From the IMG/VR virus record IMGVR_UViG_3300029197_000003: DNA of 64,000 nucleotides; one strand, given 5' to 3'. The translations under genes and the position numbers were made by a program. The notes beneath the pieces are model-generated. The model made no database searches and was not told the DNA's origin. It saw only the letters and a program-made list of their open reading frames with translations. Shown here one piece after another: positions 60,610 to 64,000 of this stretch. Every line of letters begins with the position of its first letter. Positions within the stretch are counted from its first letter, which is position 1. Source of the stretch: a virus.

Positions 60610-61374
60610 TTATGCCTCCTCATCTTTGACTTCTACACCGACAAGATGTTCATTCCCATCAAATGGTATGCAGTATTCGTAACATCCTCCAAGCGTTCTA
60701 TAATGATAGATGCCGAATTGCTCATAATGCGAAAACATATCTATCTTCCAGCTTTGTTTTCTGTTGCGAACAAGAACTTTATCGTAAGTATTAAAGTGTG
60801 GAGCTTTTTCTTCGACCATCGTTATTCTTCCGCAGTCGACAACAAAGGTGTACGATTGCTCCATCAATTCAAAGAAAAATTCACGCTGTTCATCTTCGGC
60901 TTTCTGATAATCTTTTGTGTTAACAGTCAAATGTTTTGGTCTAAACTCTTTTCCGCCAAATTCGCTTGGCTTGTCGAAGTAGTCAATTATGCTCATCTTT
61001 GTATAATTTCTTTTAGCCCAGCAATCAAAGACAAACATTTCGCCTTTTTGGTTGATAACGACATCACCATGTTTAAAGAACTTGTTCCAGTCACGCATTT
61101 CTGACGAAGGAAAAATAGTACATTCGCCGCTCTGCGCTTGCAACATTCTTCCGTTTGCGTCTAAAGGAATATCGACTGTGTTCGTGCTCTCGAGGACAAT
61201 AATACCATTGCTCGTGATACCTTTGAAGAACGCATTGCCAAACATAGTTGTGTATAGAATTATTTCATTGGGTTTATAATCGCGAAGAATCTCAGCGACA
61301 TTAACAGGTTCTTTTTCTGTTTTCTTCAATTCAGGCAGTGTGCAGCACTGCTCTGTGTCTTTATTAGTTGCCAT
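60610..61374 (-). CDS. hypothetical protein
   Basis: 254-aa ORF. Confidence 0.5.
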   Translation of the reverse strand: MATNKDTEQCCTLPELKKTEKEPVNVAEILRDYKPNEIILYTTMFGNAFFKGITSNGIIVLESTNTVDIPLDANGRMLQAQSGECTIFPSSEMRDWNKFFKHGDVVINQKGEMFVFDCWAKRNYTKMSIIDYFDKPSEFGGKEFRPKHLTVNTKDYQKAEDEQREFFFELMEQSYTFVVDCGRITMVEEKAPHFNTYDKVLVRNRKQSWKIDMFSHYEQFGIYHYRTLGGCYEYCIPFDGNEHLVGVEVKDEEA

Positions 61375-61385
61375 AGTTGTTTGTT

Positions 61386-61982
61386 TTATTCATTGTGTGT
61401 AAACATAGATTTCTCACGTTGCAATGGACTAAATGCGGAGACAGCCATCACAACGTAGCTGTAGAACTTGCCGCGGATGTTGAAGAAACCACTACCGAAG
61501 TAGACGAACCATGCGTTCCAACTGCTGTTCTCTGAACTACTCCAGCCCCAATCATCTTCATCGAACTGGTCGGCATTAAGCATTTTCAACACCTCGTTCA
61601 ATTCATCACGATAAGCGATAATCGTTCCAAGCTCATACAAACTTGGAAGATACCACTGGAGGTCGCCTTTCTTGTACTGCCAGCAACGCATAGCAGCAGT
61701 CATATCTTCGCCATCTTCCTCGTTCTGCTTCACAATATTGCGAGTAAGCTCCAGTCCACTCAATGTCTGCAAGGCTTCTGCTTCACCGCACTCCTTATTG
61801 AAGACTTTGCGGTTTCTCTCGCTGCACCAGATTTCATTCCACTGGTCAAGAGAAATAATCACACCTATCACCTCCGTTTGAAGGATGACGCCGATTAAAT
61901 CGCCTCTGTCAATACGGCCATTCTGATAGTCTTCAACTGATGCGATGCCTTGATTTGTCTTTAGGGATATTAAATGTTTCAT
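61386..61982 (-). CDS. DUF1566 (Lcl C-terminal-like) domain protein
   Basis: The sequence WYLPSLYELGTI...WGWSSSENSSWNAWFVYFGSGFFNIRGKFYSYVVMAVSAF matches the DUF1566 pattern as I recall it. Confidence 0.5.
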   Translation of the reverse strand: MKHLISLKTNQGIASVEDYQNGRIDRGDLIGVILQTEVIGVIISLDQWNEIWCSERNRKVFNKECGEAEALQTLSGLELTRNIVKQNEEDGEDMTAAMRCWQYKKGDLQWYLPSLYELGTIIAYRDELNEVLKMLNADQFDEDDWGWSSSENSSWNAWFVYFGSGFFNIRGKFYSYVVMAVSAFSPLQREKSMFTHNE

Positions 61983-62236
61983 AATTCCTCAAATTCCTTT
62001 CTATAATCCTCTAAATTCTTTCTTATGCACTTCTCCACTAAATCTTCTATCTCGCTACGTTGTGCCTCAGAAAGAAACGGATAAACACTAAAGCCATCCG
62101 TTGTGCGCACACCTTTAAGACGAATTTCAAACGTATATCCTCCATCAATCTTCTCTATCGCCTCAGAGATGAATTTCATTTCCTCGGCTATCTTGTTAAT
62201 CATTCTAAGTCTTTCTTCTGTCATGATTTTAGTCAA
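61979..62236 (-). CDS. hypothetical protein
   Basis: 85-aa ORF. Confidence 0.4.
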   Translation of the reverse strand: MTKIMTEERLRMINKIAEEMKFISEAIEKIDGGYTFEIRLKGVRTTDGFSVYPFLSEAQRSEIEDLVEKCIRKNLEDYRKEFEEL

Positions 62237-62241
62237 TTAAA

Positions 62242-62472
62242 TTATTCATCTCGTGTGATTTTATATCCTCGCATTACAAGCTCGTAAATAATATCATCCT
62301 CGCCAAGTAGGTCAACAGCCTTATTCGCGCCAAGCGCTTTGATAAAATCTTGTCTCTGATATAATTCAAGACATTCGAAACATTCATACACGAAATCTAT
62401 CTTCTCAGATTCAGGCAGGCAGTCCATTATGTTACCTGTATCCATGTCGTTATATATTCTATATTCACTCAT
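62242..62472 (-). CDS. hypothetical protein
   Basis: 76-aa acidic ORF. Confidence 0.4.
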   Translation of the reverse strand: MSEYRIYNDMDTGNIMDCLPESEKIDFVYECFECLELYQRQDFIKALGANKAVDLLGEDDIIYELVMRGYKITRDE

Positions 62473-62476
62473 AATA

Positions 62477-63265
62477 TTACCATTTATCTTCTAATAATTT
62501 TACCAAACCTTTACCATCGCGGAATCTGTCAGTCACAGCGTTTACGCACCTGCACACATATTCATCCTTGTTGAGATTAACGTCCCTACTTCCGCGAATG
62601 AATATCCGCTTTTTTATCAATTCTTCAAGAGAACAAAGGAGAGTTATAAGCGTCTCAGTGTTGTAGTCGTAGATACCTTTGATATATGAGTAATCTCTGT
62701 ATTTCTCCATGTCTCCTTTGCGGCAGGCATCTGCCAACTCTGCAACAATTCTCGTGCATTCCAACTGGGCATACAAGGCAGGGTCTGTCAAACATAGCTT
62801 ACAAGCCTGCATCATGCAGTAACGCAGCGCATCATATTTCTCTTTCATGTGCTCGCTGAAGGTGTCAACGAAGTGGTCATAGCCTTCAATATACCTTTCT
62901 TTCTGAATGACATTATACATCCAAGCATTCAGCCTCGCCACCTCGTCAACAATTCTTCTGCACGTCCGCTTGACTTCATGTCGATATATGTCCTTCCGCT
63001 TTGCAAGCGTGTCTACAGCATCACGTGCAAGCTTCATGGCATATTCAACGCGCATGAAGTGAAGGTAACATAATGCAGTGCAAATGCCGTATTCACGCCG
63101 CCTCTTATCGTTCATCTTCTTCCACATGGCAGCTTCATGCTCCTGCTCAGCTTCCGCGTAGGTGACGAGCAGATTGATATTCTTGTGAGGCACTGACATC
63201 AATGGTTCGTGACGTATGATGCCCGTATTTGGCCTCCATCTTACATCTGGCTTCCAATCATTCAT
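62477..63265 (-). CDS. hypothetical helical protein
   Basis: The start MNDWKPDVRWRP overlaps the upstream stop as ATGA. Confidence 0.45.
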   Translation of the reverse strand: MNDWKPDVRWRPNTGIIRHEPLMSVPHKNINLLVTYAEAEQEHEAAMWKKMNDKRRREYGICTALCYLHFMRVEYAMKLARDAVDTLAKRKDIYRHEVKRTCRRIVDEVARLNAWMYNVIQKERYIEGYDHFVDTFSEHMKEKYDALRYCMMQACKLCLTDPALYAQLECTRIVAELADACRKGDMEKYRDYSYIKGIYDYNTETLITLLCSLEELIKKRIFIRGSRDVNLNKDEYVCRCVNAVTDRFRDGKGLVKLLEDKW

Positions 63266-63591
63266 GGCAAATCCTCCGCATAAATCCATCTAACAATGTC
63301 CGCCTTGATGTCTATATCAGTAAACAAGCATACGTCTCGTCCTAAGACATCACGATAAACGGCCGCATAGGTTGGTGCAATCTTCTGTCCACTCGGCAGC
63401 ACGCGCTTGGCGTAGATAATTATCTCACTATTGAATGCAGGTTGTTCGTCTGCTCCATGCCAAAGGTTCTTGGAATATTCTTCCAGCGCTCGCCTCGCTC
63501 CAAAAGCAAACACTTCTTGTTCTATCTTACTCTTATAGCGCTGCTTCGCCTCTTTGTTTATGGCACGCATTGTTTTTATTGTAAGCTTCAT
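63262..63591 (-). CDS. hypothetical protein
   Basis: 109-aa ORF. Confidence 0.45.
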   Translation of the reverse strand: MKLTIKTMRAINKEAKQRYKSKIEQEVFAFGARRALEEYSKNLWHGADEQPAFNSEIIIYAKRVLPSGQKIAPTYAAVYRDVLGRDVCLFTDIDIKADIVRWIYAEDLP

Positions 63592-63758
63592 AAACTATAC
63601 CTCCTTATTATTTTGTCAATTCCATATCTTTCTTTCTCGTCTTCGCGGATAACTCCAGCCCTGTACGCATACATTGCGCTTCTCGGGAACCTTGGATAAC
63701 CGCTCGGCGAAAGCCACATCTTTTTGAAATAGATGTGCGTTATTTCTTCTTTTGTCAT
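63588..63758 (-). CDS. 56-aa hypothetical protein, below the ORF-track cutoff
   Basis: The product is MTKEEITHIYFKKMWLSPSGYPRFPRSAMYAYRAGVIREDEKERYGIDKIIRRYSL. Its stop overlaps the next ATG as ATGA. Confidence 0.35.
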   Translation of the reverse strand: MTKEEITHIYFKKMWLSPSGYPRFPRSAMYAYRAGVIREDEKERYGIDKIIRRYSL

Positions 63759-63798
63759 TTTGTCATTATTCTATTTACATGTCGCGTTTTGTCGCATT

Positions 63799-64000
63799 TT
63801 ATCTTTTATCTCCGCTGCCGTGTATCACGCAGCGCTTTCGCCTGTCCTCCAATTTTGAAATATTGGATTGACCGACTTCGCTAAGTGTAAATCCGAGGTC
63901 TTCCGCAAGAGCCGCGACATACCAAAGCACATCGCCAAGCTCATACTTAACGCTTTCCTTAAACGCTTTATCATCGAAGTTTCCGTTATTGTATCGGATA
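63799..64000 (-). CDS. mazG: MazG-like nucleotide pyrophosphohydrolase, N-terminus beyond the window
   Basis: The C-terminal 66 aa read ...[48 protein letters not shown]. This is the typical MazG EXXE-proximal helix and GSGD.R end. Confidence 0.7.
   Translation of the reverse strand, partial: IRYNNGNFDDKAFKESVKYELGDVLWYVAALAEDLGFTLSEVGQSNISKLEDRRKRCVIHGSGDKR

Noticed and set aside
1-64000. Prophage-host junctions or host genes within the window.
   Set aside because: Both edges fall inside phage-type genes: a replication-module ORF on the left and MazG on the right. Every block in between has phage-like content, so the boundaries cannot be placed from this window.

Overview
The whole 64-kb window reads as one temperate phage or prophage interior. 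I see no host flank, rRNA or CRISPR array. The host is probably Bacteroidota. This is an inference from repeated TAnnTTTG -7 promoter boxes, the absence of Shine-Dalgarno spacing, frequent ATGA/TGATG start-stop overlaps, a Bacteroides-type tyrosine integrase, and HTH proteins with the NxxWLLTGEG motif.

Modules, left to right:
- 1-5.2 kb, minus strand: a lambdoid-like replication and recombination block. It holds an initiator-like gene with internal 12-nt iterons, NinG, NinB, an SSB interrupted by one in-frame TGA, an excisionase-type HTH, a PD-(D/E)XK exonuclease and an ERF annealase.
- 5.2-7.2 kb: small early ORFs interleaved with three non-canonical tRNA-like elements.
- 7.1-11.4 kb: the lysogeny module. 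It holds two divergent promoter/operator regions, an XRE HTH, an S24 CI/LexA-like repressor, small membrane peptides, the integrase and a hairpin-flanked AT-rich attP candidate.
- 11.4-49.5 kb, minus strand: the late block. In transcription order it holds scaffold, major capsid protein with an odd N-terminal hydrophobic leader, adaptor-like genes, four fibre or receptor-binding genes interleaved with a GT2 glycosyltransferase, a PLC-like phosphodiesterase and a holin, then endolysin, holin-like protein, unimolecular spanin, portal, two low-complexity virion-type proteins, and a single 19.8-kb ORF.
- That ORF encodes 6,612 aa and carries DarB-like methyltransferase and SNF2 helicase motifs, a pyrophosphatase-like motif, two HExxH modules and two nuclease-like modules.
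- 49.6-55.3 kb, plus strand: a small gene, a rhomboid intramembrane protease, TerL and five small genes.
- 55.5-64 kb, minus strand: an operon of mostly unknown genes ending in a 951-aa protein, with a DUF1566-like gene and a partial MazG at the window edge.

The items most worth a second look are:
- the giant polyvalent ORF;
- the late-operon rhomboid protease paired with a capsid protein that carries a membrane-anchor-like leader;
- the tRNA-like array placed just 5' of early ORFs;
- the TGA at the conserved Trp position of ssb;
- the origin-like iterons inside the initiator gene.

All family calls come from reading motifs by eye. None has been checked by a database search.
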